In this document: positions 26,430 through 37,788 of the stretch, piece after piece
Numbering within the stretch: the stretch's first letter is position 1
Layout: the number at the start of each line of letters is the position of its first letter
Assembly: GCA_001914235.1 (NCBI GenBank)
Contig: MQUF01000014.1
Span: forward strand, 2,005-66,004
Direction: 5' to 3'
Length of the DNA: 64,000 nucleotides
From: Desulfobulbaceae bacterium DB1
GTDB taxonomy: Bacteria > Desulfobacterota > Desulfobulbia > Desulfobulbales > SURF-16
Position numbers and translations under genes: made by a program
Notes under the pieces: generated by a model
Told to the model about the DNA's origin: nothing
What the model saw: only the letters and a program-made list of their open reading frames with translations
Database searches by the model: none

Positions 26430-28316
26430 TCAATTTTCCAGTTCTGCTGGAGCCTCTTCCTCTGCCGCGATTATTTCCTTGAAATATTCTTCCAGCACTT
26501 TTTTGGCAATGGGTCCGGCGGCTGATCCGCCATGGCCCCCATGCTCGACAAGAACCGTGACGGCGATTTCCGGTTTGTCGGCCGGGGCAAAACAGGTAAA
26601 CCAGGCATGGTCCCGGTACTTTCGGGGCATGGCGTCTTCCGTCATGCTCTTGAATTTTGCCATGCGGACAACCTGGGCGGTGCCGGTCTTGCCGCCGACA
26701 AGTATTTTGTCGAGTTTTGCGCTGCCGCCGGTGCCGTGGCGGTCGTTGACCGTTGAGATCATGCCTTGCATGATCAACGCAAGGGATGACTTCGTTCCGA
26801 GTACCTCGCCCAGCAATTCCGGTTCCACGTCTTTTAGGGTGGTGCCGTCCGGATTTTTTATCGTTTCAAGCAGCAGGGGCCTGTAGAGCTTGCCGCCATT
26901 GACGACCGCCGCGGTCATGCGGCAGATTTGCAAGGGGGTGGCAAGATTGAACCCTTGGCCGATGGCAACGGACAGGGTTTCGCCATCCTGCCAGCGCTCC
27001 TTTTTTTTCTCTTTTTTCCAGGCGGACGTGGGGACAAGCCCCGGCTTTTCGTGTTCCAGCACGATTCCCGTGGTCCGGCCGAGGCCGAGGGATTGAGCAT
27101 AGGCAGCCAGCCGGTCAACGCCGAGTTTCATGCCCACCTGGTAGAAATAGACATCGCAGGACTCGGCGATGGCCCGGTTGAGGCTGACCGCGCCGTGACC
27201 GCTATTTTTCCAGCAGCCGTAGCGTCGGTTGTAAACATGAAGTCCTCCGTTGCAGTAAAAAACAGTATCCGGGGTGATAATTTTTTCCGTCAATCCGCCC
27301 AGGGCGGTGATAAGTTTGTAGGTCGAACCGGGCGGATACTGGCCCTGAATGGTTTTGTCGATCAGGGGGCGAAGAGGGTCATTAAGGTGTTTTTGCCAGT
27401 TTTTGCTGGAAATGCCGCCTATGAATTCGGCCAGCTGCAAGGGTGGGGAACTGGCGAGGGCCAGCAGTTTGCCGGTATGCACCTCCATGACCACCACTGC
27501 TCCGCCGAAACCATCGAGGGCCTTTTCCGCGGTTTGCTGCAGATCGATATCGATGGTCAACTGCAGGTCGTTGCCGGGCAGAGGGTCCTGGTGCTGCAGT
27601 TCCTGCTGCTCAAAGCCAAGCACGTCAACTTCCAGATACCGATGTCCCTTTTCGCCGTGCAGATCTTTTTCGAAAAGCTTTTCGATACCCATTTTCCCCA
27701 CCGGATCACCGCCGCGATACTCGGCATATTCCGGGAGTTCCATTTCTTTCTTGCTGATCTGGCCGATGTAGCCGATCATGTGCGAGGCCATGTTGGCGTA
27801 GAGATAGTCACGACTCGGGACTGCGTCGATGCGCACGCCGGGCAGGTCAAAATGATGATTTTCGATGTACACCAAGGTTTTCCAGTCAATATCCTCTTTG
27901 ATCAGGATGGGCATGTACCGGGGCTGGTCCGCAGCTTCGCGGACGCGGTCAAGCAGTGCGGAAATATCTTCATTTAAGATCTGGGCAAGCTGCTTGATCA
28001 CCTCGTCGGGATTCGGCGCATCTTCCTTGGTCCACAGGAGATTGAAATAGGGCCGGTTGGTGATGATGACGCGACCATGGCGGTCCAGGATATTGCCGCG
28101 GGGAGCCTGTATCTGCTGAATCCTGATGCGGTTGTTTTCCGCCAGTTTGACATATTCGTCTCCCTTCTTTATCTGCAGAAACCAGAGTCGGGCGACAAGC
28201 ACGGCAATGAAGACAATAACGACGGCCGTGGCGACATCAACCCGTTTTTTCAGGACAAGGAGTTCTTCCTCGTCGATTTTGTTAATTCTTTCAAGCGGTC
28301 TGCGTATTCGCGGCAT
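26430..28316 (-). CDS. mrdA: penicillin-binding protein 2 (elongasome transpeptidase)
   Basis: 628 aa. STYK (SxxK) and KTGTAQ (KTG) motifs. Sits between mreD and rodA. Confidence 0.9.
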   Translation of the reverse strand: MPRIRRPLERINKIDEEELLVLKKRVDVATAVVIVFIAVLVARLWFLQIKKGDEYVKLAENNRIRIQQIQAPRGNILDRHGRVIITNRPYFNLLWTKEDAPNPDEVIKQLAQILNEDISALLDRVREAADQPRYMPILIKEDIDWKTLVYIENHHFDLPGVRIDAVPSRDYLYANMASHMIGYIGQISKKEMELPEYAEYRGGDPVGKMGIEKLFEKDLHGEKGHRYLEVDVLGFEQQELQHQDPLPGNDLQLTIDIDLQQTAEKALDGFGGAVVVMEVHTGKLLALASSPPLQLAEFIGGISSKNWQKHLNDPLRPLIDKTIQGQYPPGSTYKLITALGGLTEKIITPDTVFYCNGGLHVYNRRYGCWKNSGHGAVSLNRAIAESCDVYFYQVGMKLGVDRLAAYAQSLGLGRTTGIVLEHEKPGLVPTSAWKKEKKKERWQDGETLSVAIGQGFNLATPLQICRMTAAVVNGGKLYRPLLLETIKNPDGTTLKDVEPELLGEVLGTKSSLALIMQGMISTVNDRHGTGGSAKLDKILVGGKTGTAQVVRMAKFKSMTEDAMPRKYRDHAWFTCFAPADKPEIAVTVLVEHGGHGGSAAGPIAKKVLEEYFKEIIAAEEEAPAELEN

Positions 28317-28340
28317 GATGTTACGTCAAGAAGAGTCCGG

Positions 28341-28877
28341 TTATTCCCGGAAGGTGTTTTTTGATTTCGGACGTTGAAAAAAGATAACCGCCCGCCTGGG
28401 GGTGAGCCAAGAGTCCAGCGCGTCGAACAGGGCAAAAAGGGGCGGCATGAAAAGGGAAATCATAAGCATCTGCAGCAGAATTTTTATCCAGTTCCAGGAA
28501 AGTTCGTTTTCCGGAGCGAGAAAGGTGGCGAAAGTAAAAAGCACGGTGTTGACCAGCAGATAACAAGAAAGCACCAGGGGAAACCGATGGGCTGTTTCAT
28601 GAATTGCAAGTTTTCTCGCCACTGCTTTCAGGAGAGCAAAAAGCAACAAATAGGTTACGGGATAAATGCCGAGGAAGATCCCGGAAAAAATATCCATGAT
28701 CAGGCCGAGGAGCAGGAGAAGGACCGCACCCCGGTAAATATCGAATCGCAACGCAACAAAGACGATGAGTACGAAAAGCGGATCAGGGCGGCCCATCCAG
28801 TCAGGCAGGGACGGCAGCAGCGACGTCTGCAGAATGAGGAGCAGAACCGCAATGAGAAAGTAGGATAGGACTGCCAT
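28341..28877 (-). CDS. mreD: rod shape-determining protein MreD
   Basis: 178-aa hydrophobic protein immediately after mreC. Position and topology are typical of MreD. Confidence 0.8.
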   Translation of the reverse strand: MAVLSYFLIAVLLLILQTSLLPSLPDWMGRPDPLFVLIVFVALRFDIYRGAVLLLLLGLIMDIFSGIFLGIYPVTYLLLFALLKAVARKLAIHETAHRFPLVLSCYLLVNTVLFTFATFLAPENELSWNWIKILLQMLMISLFMPPLFALFDALDSWLTPRRAVIFFQRPKSKNTFRE

Positions 28878-28880
28878 GAC

Positions 28881-29741
28881 TTAATGGTATTGACTATTGA
28901 GATCCCGACCGGCAAGGGAATTTTCGTGCATGATGATCAAAAGGAATTCCAGCTGGGAAAAATCAACCGCCGGCTCAATGTCGATTTTCTGAAACATGCC
29001 GCGTTTGCTTTTGGTCACCTGGGAAACGGTACCCACCGGCAAGCCTTTCGGGAAAATGTCGCCGAGGCCGGAGGTGACGATGATATCTCCCTTTTCCACG
29101 TCCGCGTTTTTTAAAACATAAAGAAGATTGAAGCCGTTGCCGCCGTTGCCTTTCAGGATTCCCTGCACCCTGTTTTTCTGGACAAGAACATCGATCGCGC
29201 TGTTCGGGTCATTGGCAAGAAGGACTTTTGCATAATTCGGCGACGACTCAAGAATCTGGCCGACAACTCCTTCCACTGTTACCACGGGCATTCCCTTTTC
29301 AACTCCCTCGCTGCTTCCCCGGTCAATAATAATTGTGCGGAACCAGAGGGAGGGATCCCTGCCTATTATCTGGGCGGTGAGGGTAGGCGGGGGAAGCGTT
29401 TCCTTCATCTGCAGCAGTTTGCTTAAGCGGACATTGGTAGCCACCGCTTCGCGATGCTTGATGTTCATGGCCTTGTATTTCTCAAGCTCGGTAATGAGCT
29501 TCTCGTTTTCATCACGGACATCAAGCAGTGCGATGTAGTTGGACCAGACTCCGGCAATGCCGTCGGCAATGGTCGTCACGACATACTGGCCTTTGCCGAT
29601 AAGGTCCAGCCCCAGCCGCTGCGGGGCATTTAACTCTTGCCGGCCGACGGTTGAAACGATGAGGATGAGGATGAAAGTCAGGATGGAACCGAAGAGAAGG
29701 TAGAGCTTAAGCTGCTTCGATGTTTTCTTTTTTTTTCTCAT
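28881..29741 (-). CDS. mreC: rod shape-determining protein MreC
   Basis: 286 aa. N-terminal TM, coiled coil (ENEKLITELEKYK), C-terminal beta domains (GDIIVTSGLGDIFPKGLPVG). Confidence 0.9.
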   Translation of the reverse strand: MRKKKKTSKQLKLYLLFGSILTFILILIVSTVGRQELNAPQRLGLDLIGKGQYVVTTIADGIAGVWSNYIALLDVRDENEKLITELEKYKAMNIKHREAVATNVRLSKLLQMKETLPPPTLTAQIIGRDPSLWFRTIIIDRGSSEGVEKGMPVVTVEGVVGQILESSPNYAKVLLANDPNSAIDVLVQKNRVQGILKGNGGNGFNLLYVLKNADVEKGDIIVTSGLGDIFPKGLPVGTVSQVTKSKRGMFQKIDIEPAVDFSQLEFLLIIMHENSLAGRDLNSQYH

Positions 29742-29748
29742 TAGGGTA

Positions 29749-30822
<1,074 letters not shown>

Positions 30823-31168
30823 TCATGAGACAATCTGCCGCCGTTCCATGGAATGTCTTGTGATTAATGGAACCAATACGTGGCGGTCTTAAAAATAAAG
30901 TTTGCTTGTCCGCAACGTACGGCCTATCGGAGGTGCAAGATTCCGTGCAATGGCCGGCTCGGAATCAGGCGGAATCCACTGTCTTCTCATCGGGGGGAAG
31001 TTTGTCGAATCCATCAATCATGTCGCAAAACCAATCAATATAAGCGATTGCTTATCCTTAAAACATTGAATTTTAGCAAAAAAAAATATTGTTAGCAAGA
31101 GAAATGCCCCCGTTTGCTCAATTAGTTTATTGGCACTATGTGGTAGTTGGGTGTCGCGGAAAAAATAC

Positions 31169-31197
31169 TTGACAGCCACTGTTGTGAACGATTATAT
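31169..31197 (+). promoter_or_regulatory. sigma70-type promoter for tRNA-Ala
   Basis: TTGACA (31169-31174), 17-nt spacer, TTATAT (31192-31197). About 24 nt upstream of the mature tRNA 5' end. Confidence 0.5.
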
Positions 31198-31220
31198 GGG
31201 AGCACAAATTTCAGTGGAGT

Positions 31221-31296
<76 letters not shown>

Positions 31297-31432
31297 ATCT
31301 TTATTTCATGCCAAGCTCCGGTTTCCCGGGGTGTCAAATCCGAATTTCGGGTAGGGTTTTTATCTCACATCGCCAGGATATGATCTTTCATTCGGGGAGG
31401 GCTTTTTAAAAGTTTTTCCTTATAGTGAAGAT

Positions 31433-31489
31433 AAAGCCTCTGCCGGTACTCAAGAATTGGCCTTCTTTCCGCCGCAGAGGCTTTTTTTT
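31433..31489 (+). terminator. intrinsic terminator downstream of tRNA-Ala
   Basis: aaagcctctgc ... gcagaggcttt stem enclosing ~30 nt, followed by a T8 run (31482-31489). Confidence 0.5.
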
Positions 31490-31509
31490 CTTTTTATCGG
31501 AGTTTGTTC

Positions 31510-31701
31510 ATGTCTTCGAGCCAGAATCCCGCCGACAGCACTGTAAAAAATCTCAATAAGCAGGTAACCGATGAAGCGATTCTCAAGGTGACCAAGGAGA
31601 TAATCGTCAAATTTATTGAGGTTGGCCGGCTTTCTCCAGCCAATTTTGATGAGACGTTTGAGCAGGTCCATCAGACAGTTCTGCGAGCCGTCCGGTCATG
31701 A
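31510..31701 (+). CDS. small hypothetical protein (63 aa) translationally coupled to mpl
   Basis: ATG at 31510 with GGAG 8 nt upstream. Stop overlaps the mpl start (ATGA at 31698-31701). Helical-looking sequence ILKVTKEIIVKFIEVGRLSPANFDETFEQVHQTVL. Confidence 0.5.
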   Translation: MSSSQNPADSTVKNLNKQVTDEAILKVTKEIIVKFIEVGRLSPANFDETFEQVHQTVLRAVRS

Positions 31702-33161
31702 CGCACGGCCGGCAAACCGCTGAACTTTTACCCGAGCTTAATTATTTCCCGGAAAGTACCTCTCGTATCCACCTGATGGGTATCTGCGGCACCGGCATGG
31801 CCGCCGTGGCTGGCATGCTCAAAAGCCGGGGATACACCGTCACCGGCTCGGACAGCCATGTCTATCCGCCCATGAGTGATTTTCTGGCGCAGTGCGGCAT
31901 TCCGATCATGGAGGGCTATCGCCCGGAAAATCTTGAGTCGCGACCTGATCTGGTGGTTGTCGGCAATGTGATTACCCGCAAAAATCCTGAAGCCCTTGAA
32001 CTCGCCCGCCTTTCCATTCCTTATCTTTCCTTCCCGCAACTCTTGGGCCATCGTTTTCTGGCTGACAAAAAATCTCTTGTGGTGGCGGGGACTCACGGCA
32101 AGACGACAACCTCATCACTTCTCGCTACCATGCTGCATGGCGCGGGGCTTGATCCCGGTTTCATGATCGGCGGCATTGTCCAGGCCTTTGGTAAAAATTT
32201 CAAGGTGGGCGACGGTCTCTATTTTGTTGTCGAAGGGGACGAATACGATACCGCCTTTTTCGATAAGGGGCCGAAGTTTCTTCATTATCAGCCGCATATT
32301 GCCATCATTACCAGTATTGAATTCGATCATGCCGACATTTATGCGGATCTTGAAGCGGTTAAAGAGTCTTTTCGCCGGCTTGTGGCTATCATGCCGCCGG
32401 ACGGCTGTTTGATTGCCTGTCTTGATGATCCTGTCGTGCGCGAAATCGTCGCTGCCGCTCCCTGCCGCGTATCTGGTTATGGTGAGGGGGATGGAAATGA
32501 ATGGCGGCTCGTTCATGTGCAATGCTCACGGCAGGGAACCTCCTTTTCCGTTTTGCGGAAAGGGGAGTCGTTCGGTTCTTTTGTCACCTCCATGCCCGGC
32601 CGGCATAATTGCCTCAATGCCCTTGCGGTGATTGCCGTGCTTGATTCCCTGGGGCTTTCCCCTGCTGTTATCCGGCGGGAATTACAGGCATTTACCGGGG
32701 TCAGGAGACGTCAGGAAGTCAGAGGGGTCGTGTCCGGTGTGACGGTGATCGATGATTTTGCCCATCATCCCACCGCGGTGCGGGAGACCCTTGCCGCGTT
32801 GCGGTCGGTTTACGCCGGCCAGCGGTTGCTTGCTGTTTTTGAACCACGGACCAACTCGAGTCGACGGCGGGTGTTTCAGCAGGATTATGTCGGGGCCTTT
32901 GATGCGGCGGACCTGGTGCTGGTCAAGGAACCCGATGCCCTGGCCGCCGTTCCCGAAGGGCAACGTTTTTCCGCCCGGGAGTTGGTTGATGATCTGCGGA
33001 GTCGGGGGGTGGACAGTCATTATTTCCCCGGCACCGATCATATACTTCTTCATCTTGCCGCCAATCTCCGTGCCGGCGATGTTGTGGCCATTTTGTCAAA
33101 CGGTGGTTTCGACAACATTCACGAACGTCTCCTGCTGCAGCTCGAATCCTCTCGTACGTAA
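31698..33161 (+). CDS. mpl: UDP-N-acetylmuramate:L-alanyl-gamma-D-glutamyl-meso-DAP ligase (murein peptide ligase)
   Basis: 487 aa. HLMGICGTGMAAVAGMLKSRGYTVTGSDSHVYPPMS (Mpl-type N-terminus) and the GTHGKTT P-loop. Confidence 0.85.
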   Translation: MTHGRQTAELLPELNYFPESTSRIHLMGICGTGMAAVAGMLKSRGYTVTGSDSHVYPPMSDFLAQCGIPIMEGYRPENLESRPDLVVVGNVITRKNPEALELARLSIPYLSFPQLLGHRFLADKKSLVVAGTHGKTTTSSLLATMLHGAGLDPGFMIGGIVQAFGKNFKVGDGLYFVVEGDEYDTAFFDKGPKFLHYQPHIAIITSIEFDHADIYADLEAVKESFRRLVAIMPPDGCLIACLDDPVVREIVAAAPCRVSGYGEGDGNEWRLVHVQCSRQGTSFSVLRKGESFGSFVTSMPGRHNCLNALAVIAVLDSLGLSPAVIRRELQAFTGVRRRQEVRGVVSGVTVIDDFAHHPTAVRETLAALRSVYAGQRLLAVFEPRTNSSRRRVFQQDYVGAFDAADLVLVKEPDALAAVPEGQRFSARELVDDLRSRGVDSHYFPGTDHILLHLAANLRAGDVVAILSNGGFDNIHERLLLQLESSRT

Positions 33162-33540
33162 AGCACCACTCCTATCCCCGTATCTCTACGGATTTTTCAA
33201 TGCCTGCCACCACAATGTCGTTTTGTGCAAAAGCACGAAACGTGCACGCATTCTTTACGTTTATTTGAAATAATTATGAACTGTTGCATGATGTGAAGCA
33301 ATGCGTGGCGTGGAGTGTGTGCTAATTCGGAAATGTGTGAATAGTCATTCATTTTTTGCTTGACATAGGCTGGTCTATGGGATAAAAACGGCTGGAAGTA
33401 TGCAACAATTATGTTGTGTGCGACCAAAAGAGTCGGCCTGTGACGGCCAAATCCACCAAATTTTAGGTGTAGGGCGCATGATCCCTGCATTTGCGATTCG
33501 CCCGGTAGTATTCATAAGGGGCGAACAAAGGAGCCGCATC

Positions 33541-33939
33541 GTGGAACAGCAATCTCTCTTGGATCTTCTTTATATTGCCGCTTTTACACTTTGCGGTCTC
33601 GGTTTCGGCTTCGGCCCCCTCCTCATTGTTTATTTCTTTGCACCCCGTGGAACCCGGCAAATCGTCAACAAGACAAGAATTCCTATTGAGTGCGGCATGT
33701 TGACCATCGGTCCAGCCTGGATTCGTTATGGAATTCTTTATTATCTTTATGCCTTGATGTTTCTGGCCTTTGATGTTGATGTGCTGTTTCTTTTCCCGGT
33801 GGCCGCTGTTTATAACGATTTCCCTGGTATGCGGGGTTTTGTCGAGATAGTTTTATTTGTCGGAATTCTTTCACTGGCGATTGTTTATGCATGGAATAAG
33901 GGAGTGTTCAAGTGGGAACGGAAAGTATACCAACAGTAG
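33541..33939 (+). CDS. nuoA: NADH:quinone oxidoreductase subunit A
   Basis: GTG at 33541 preceded by AAAGGAG 7 nt upstream. [19 protein letters not shown]. The track ORF from 33400 is probably an upstream over-extension. Confidence 0.8.
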   Translation: MEQQSLLDLLYIAAFTLCGLGFGFGPLLIVYFFAPRGTRQIVNKTRIPIECGMLTIGPAWIRYGILYYLYALMFLAFDVDVLFLFPVAAVYNDFPGMRGFVEIVLFVGILSLAIVYAWNKGVFKWERKVYQQ

Positions 33940-34445
33940 AGAGTGCTATCCCCTCGGCATTGGTGCAGTTTCATCAATTGGATAAACTGCGTATGTTGGC
34001 CAGGGCGAACTCATTGTGGCCCATGACCTTCGGCTTGGCCTGCTGCGCCATCGAAATGCTGTCAAGCGGTTGCGCTCGTTTCGACCTGTCGCGTTTTGGG
34101 GCGGAGGTTTTTCGCCCGTCGCCGCGTCAAAGTGATGTAATGATCGTTGCCGGTACAATCAATAAAAAGATGATGCCCGCCGTTAAAATCCTCTATGACC
34201 AGATGCCTGAACCAAAGTGGGTTATCGCTATGGGAAACTGTGCGATTTCCGGTGGTCCATTTGTCTATCCGGGCCAATATAATGTAGTTGAAGGAGCGGA
34301 CACCTTTCTGCCGGTTGATGTCTATATTCCCGGATGTCCCCCTCGTCCAGAGGCCCTGATTGAGGGATTGCTGGAACTTGAGGAAAAAATTACCGGTAAT
34401 CGGCGTTGGCCGCGGGTGAAACCGGAAACTATGGTCAAAGGTTAA
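33912..34445 (+). CDS. nuoB: NADH:quinone oxidoreductase subunit B (N2 cluster)
   Basis: 177 aa. [14 protein letters not shown] and [10 protein letters not shown] Fe-S ligand motifs. Confidence 0.95.
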   Translation: MGTESIPTVESAIPSALVQFHQLDKLRMLARANSLWPMTFGLACCAIEMLSSGCARFDLSRFGAEVFRPSPRQSDVMIVAGTINKKMMPAVKILYDQMPEPKWVIAMGNCAISGGPFVYPGQYNVVEGADTFLPVDVYIPGCPPRPEALIEGLLELEEKITGNRRWPRVKPETMVKG

Positions 34446-34526
34446 GCCAAGCCGGCATTTACCACTCTCAAATCCGGTAATGTATTTTCCTGCCGATTTT
34501 TGTGAGTCCACCTTCATGGTAACGTT

Positions 34527-35087
34527 ATGGATCGAGCTAAAATAAAAAGAGAACTGGAAAATTTGGCTGCTGAAGGTCTCCCTGCCGAGCCACCTCGGGA
34601 AGAGGCACCGGTTGAAGTTCAAGCTGAAGGAGAAGGTGAGGAAAAGGCCAAGGCCAAAGCCAAGAATGACGAGGCTGCCCCGCGGAAAAATGGTCTGATC
34701 GAGACGGAATATGCAAAAAGGGGCGCCCATCTTGATGTGCAGATCAACCCGGATCAGGTTGTCAGAGCTGCTGAAATACTTGATGGTGAAGGAATGACCC
34801 TGGAAATGGTGACCGGCGTTGACTGGCTCAAGGATGGTCAGCTTGAGGTCATCTATGATTACTCCTATTCCGGTGGGCAGTTGTTCCGAGTTGTGGTGAG
34901 GGCCAGGGTTGACCGGAACAATGCTGAAATTCCGACTGTCTGCCATATCTATGGCGGCGCGAACTGGCATGAAAGGGAGACATGGGAAATGCTGGGCATC
35001 AATTTTGTCGGTCATCCGCAGCTTGAACACTTCCTGCTGCCGGAGGATGCTGATTTCTATCCATTACGTAAGGATTTCAAGCCATGA
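34527..35087 (+). CDS. nuoC: NADH:quinone oxidoreductase subunit C, with ~55-aa charged N-terminal extension
   Basis: 186 aa. C-terminal NuoC core (GANWHERETWEMLGINFVGHP). N-terminal low-complexity EGEGEEKAKAKAKNDEAAPRK. Confidence 0.88.
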   Translation: MDRAKIKRELENLAAEGLPAEPPREEAPVEVQAEGEGEEKAKAKAKNDEAAPRKNGLIETEYAKRGAHLDVQINPDQVVRAAEILDGEGMTLEMVTGVDWLKDGQLEVIYDYSYSGGQLFRVVVRARVDRNNAEIPTVCHIYGGANWHERETWEMLGINFVGHPQLEHFLLPEDADFYPLRKDFKP

Positions 35088-36202
35088 GTTCATTAGCCCA
35101 AAGCCATTTGCGTGAGACCTTTGAGCTGAATATAGGTCCCCAACATCCTGCAACCCACGGTGTTCTTCGAATCAAGGTCGTCATGGATGGCGAATACATC
35201 GACCGGGCGGAACCAATCCTCGGCTATATTCACCGCATGCATGAGAAGATGGGTGAAAATAGAACATGGAACCAGTTCTGGCCAAATATGGGTCGTCTCG
35301 ATTATCTGTCCGCCATGGCATACAATCATTGCTATGCTGGTCTTATGGAGCGGGCTGCGGGGATTGAAGTGCCTGAGCGGGCTGAGTACATTCGCGTCAT
35401 TACAGCGGAATTAAACCGGATACAAAGCCATCTCTTGGGTTTTGGCGCCTATATCATGGATCTTGGCGGATTTACCCCTCTGATGTACGCCATGGATGAG
35501 CGCGAGCAGATCCTCGATCTGCTGGAGTCGGTCACCGGCTCCCGGCTCACCTACTGTTATTTCCGCTTCGGCGGAGTTTATAACGATATAGATGACGACT
35601 TCATCGCCGGAACACGCGCCTTTCTCAAGCGGTTTCGTCCGCAGATACCCATGTATCATAAGCTGGTTACCGGCAACGTCATCTTGATGGATCGGCTGAT
35701 CGGAGTTGGCCCCATTTCAGCTGAAATGTGCCGGAAATTCGGAGCGACCGGACCGGTTCTGCGTGGCTCAGGCGTAAATTACGATATTCGCAGAAATGAA
35801 CCGTACAGCGTCTATCCTGAATTGGATTTTGATATCCCGGTGTATAAAGAATGTGATTCAATGGCCCGCTACATGGTGAGAATGGATGAGATGTTGGAGT
35901 CCTGCCGGATCATAGAACAGGCCTTGAATAAACTGCCGGAAGGACCGGTAATGGCTGAGAAAGTACCCAAGGCGCTGAAACCTCCCGTCGGCGATTTTCA
36001 TTACGCGGTCGAAGCCGCCCGCGGTACATTTTCAATGAGGACAGTCAGTGACGGCACCAATACATCGTACCGTATGAGACTGAGGTCTCCAACCTATTCA
36101 AATGTCAGTCTGTTCGAGGAGGCAAGCCGCGGTATGCTGCTGTCCGACGCCCTGGCGTTTTTGGGAAGTCTTGATCCCGTTATACCCGAGATGGACCGGT
36201 AA
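35084..36202 (+). CDS. nuoD: NADH:quinone oxidoreductase subunit D
   Basis: 372 aa. LNIGPQHPATHGVLR, RAEYIRVITAELNRIQSHL. Confidence 0.95.
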   Translation: MSSLAQSHLRETFELNIGPQHPATHGVLRIKVVMDGEYIDRAEPILGYIHRMHEKMGENRTWNQFWPNMGRLDYLSAMAYNHCYAGLMERAAGIEVPERAEYIRVITAELNRIQSHLLGFGAYIMDLGGFTPLMYAMDEREQILDLLESVTGSRLTYCYFRFGGVYNDIDDDFIAGTRAFLKRFRPQIPMYHKLVTGNVILMDRLIGVGPISAEMCRKFGATGPVLRGSGVNYDIRRNEPYSVYPELDFDIPVYKECDSMARYMVRMDEMLESCRIIEQALNKLPEGPVMAEKVPKALKPPVGDFHYAVEAARGTFSMRTVSDGTNTSYRMRLRSPTYSNVSLFEEASRGMLLSDALAFLGSLDPVIPEMDR

Positions 36203-36214
36203 GGAGCGAGCACG

Positions 36215-37198
36215 ATGGATGAACTAATTCGATTACTTAGTTACATGATAGGCATCGCGGCCTTTCTTGGTCTGAATCTTGCCTATCTTGGCTGGGTTGA
36301 GAGAAAGGGCGCCGGTCATTTTCAACGGCGTACCGGACCGAAAGATGTTGGGCCGTATGGTTTGCTGCAGCCGCTTGCCGACGGTCTTAAACTGATGTCA
36401 AAGCAGCTGATTATTCCGGCCAATGCAGACAAACCGCTCTACATGTGTGCGCCGATCCTCATCATGGTGCCCGCGGTTCTCTTGTTTGTGGCGATTCCTT
36501 TTGGCGAACATCTGGTACCTCGGGAATTTAATTTCGGACTGTTGATGATGTTTGCCTTTGCCTCGGTGGGTGGTTTATCCATCCTCATCGGCGGCTGGGG
36601 TTCCGGTAATAAATATTCACTTATTGCCGGAGCCAGGGCTGTTTCACAGAATGTCGCCTATGAAATACCGATGTTGATCACGGCTATCAACATAGTCCTT
36701 ATCACCGGATCCATGGATCTGAATGAAATTGTCCGTCAGCAGGGTGGTTATATCTGGAACTGGAATATATTCCGGCTGGATAAATCCATTCTCATGCCTG
36801 TTTCCTTTCTGGTTTTCTTTATCTGTTCCCTGGCTGAAACGAATCGTACCCCGTTTGACATGGGAGAGTGCGAAGGCGAACTGGTTGCCGGGTATCATAC
36901 TGAGTACGGCGGTATGGGCTTCGGTCTTTTCATGATGGCTGAATATGCCAACCTTGTTATCGGCTGCAGCTTGACCACCATCCTCTTTCTCGGGGGCTGG
37001 CAGTCGCCCATCGGCATTTGGCCCGGTCCGCACTGGTTTCTTCTCAAGATGTATTTTCTTGTATGGTGTTTTGTCTGGATCCGCTGGACCTATCCCCGCA
37101 CCACATTCTGGGGACTCCTTAATCTTTCCTGGAAATACCTCATACCGTTTTCCTTGGTTAACTTGCTTCTAACAGCCTTATTTATAAAGGTATTTTGA
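36215..37198 (+). CDS. nuoH: NADH:quinone oxidoreductase subunit H (follows nuoD directly; no nuoE/F/G)
   Basis: 327 aa. WVERKGAGHFQRRTGP, LAETNRTPFDMGECEGELVAGYHTEYGG. Confidence 0.95.
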   Translation: MDELIRLLSYMIGIAAFLGLNLAYLGWVERKGAGHFQRRTGPKDVGPYGLLQPLADGLKLMSKQLIIPANADKPLYMCAPILIMVPAVLLFVAIPFGEHLVPREFNFGLLMMFAFASVGGLSILIGGWGSGNKYSLIAGARAVSQNVAYEIPMLITAINIVLITGSMDLNEIVRQQGGYIWNWNIFRLDKSILMPVSFLVFFICSLAETNRTPFDMGECEGELVAGYHTEYGGMGFGLFMMAEYANLVIGCSLTTILFLGGWQSPIGIWPGPHWFLLKMYFLVWCFVWIRWTYPRTTFWGLLNLSWKYLIPFSLVNLLLTALFIKVF

Positions 37199-37200
37199 TT

Positions 37201-37788
37201 ATGTCCGGATACTTTAAAGATATCATCACAGGATTGAAGAGTCTGGCCGTCGGGTTGCAGATTACCAATAAAGAGTTTCTGACCAAACCCATCACTCTGC
37301 AGTATCCCCATGAGTCAGTAAAGATGACGCCCCGTTACCGGGGTCATATTGAACTGGTCAAGGATCCGGAGACCGGACTGAACCGTTGTATATCCTGCGG
37401 CATGTGCGAAAAGGGTTGCCCATCCGGCTGTATCACCGTCAAATCAGAAAAACGCCCCGGAGTCAAGGGCAAGGTTCTGACAGCCTATATCCTTAACTTC
37501 ACCACCTGCAGTCTCTGCGGTCAATGTGTGGAAAACTGCAAGCCGGGTGCCATTGGCTTTTCCAATGAGTACAATCTGGCCAGCACCAGGCGTGAAGATT
37601 ACATTTTCGACCTGTTGCAAAGGCTTCATCCTGAAGGTGTTCCTGAACCAGAGGTTGATCCTGAATTATTAAAGAAAGAACTCGAGAAGCAAGAAGCTGC
37701 AAAGCAAGCAGCTGCGGCAAAGAAAGAACCCGCCAAAAAAACACCTGCTGCGGAAGGCGGGGAATCAAAAGCAGAGGGAAAAAGCTGA
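37201..37788 (+). CDS. nuoI: NADH:quinone oxidoreductase subunit I (2x[4Fe-4S]) with Lys/Ala/Glu-rich C-terminal tail
   Basis: CISCGMCEKGCP and CSLCGQCVENCP ferredoxin motifs. About 50-aa tail ELLKKELEKQEAAKQAAAAKKEPAKKTPAAEGGESKAEGKS. Confidence 0.9.
   Translation: MSGYFKDIITGLKSLAVGLQITNKEFLTKPITLQYPHESVKMTPRYRGHIELVKDPETGLNRCISCGMCEKGCPSGCITVKSEKRPGVKGKVLTAYILNFTTCSLCGQCVENCKPGAIGFSNEYNLASTRREDYIFDLLQRLHPEGVPEPEVDPELLKKELEKQEAAKQAAAAKKEPAKKTPAAEGGESKAEGKS

Noticed and set aside
33400-33540. Upstream extension of nuoA (179-aa ORF) and the alternative ATG at 33478
   Set aside because: NuoA proteins are ~120-135 aa. GTG 33541 has a good AAAGGAG RBS, while the extension has none and is Cys/Arg-rich. 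This remains uncertain.
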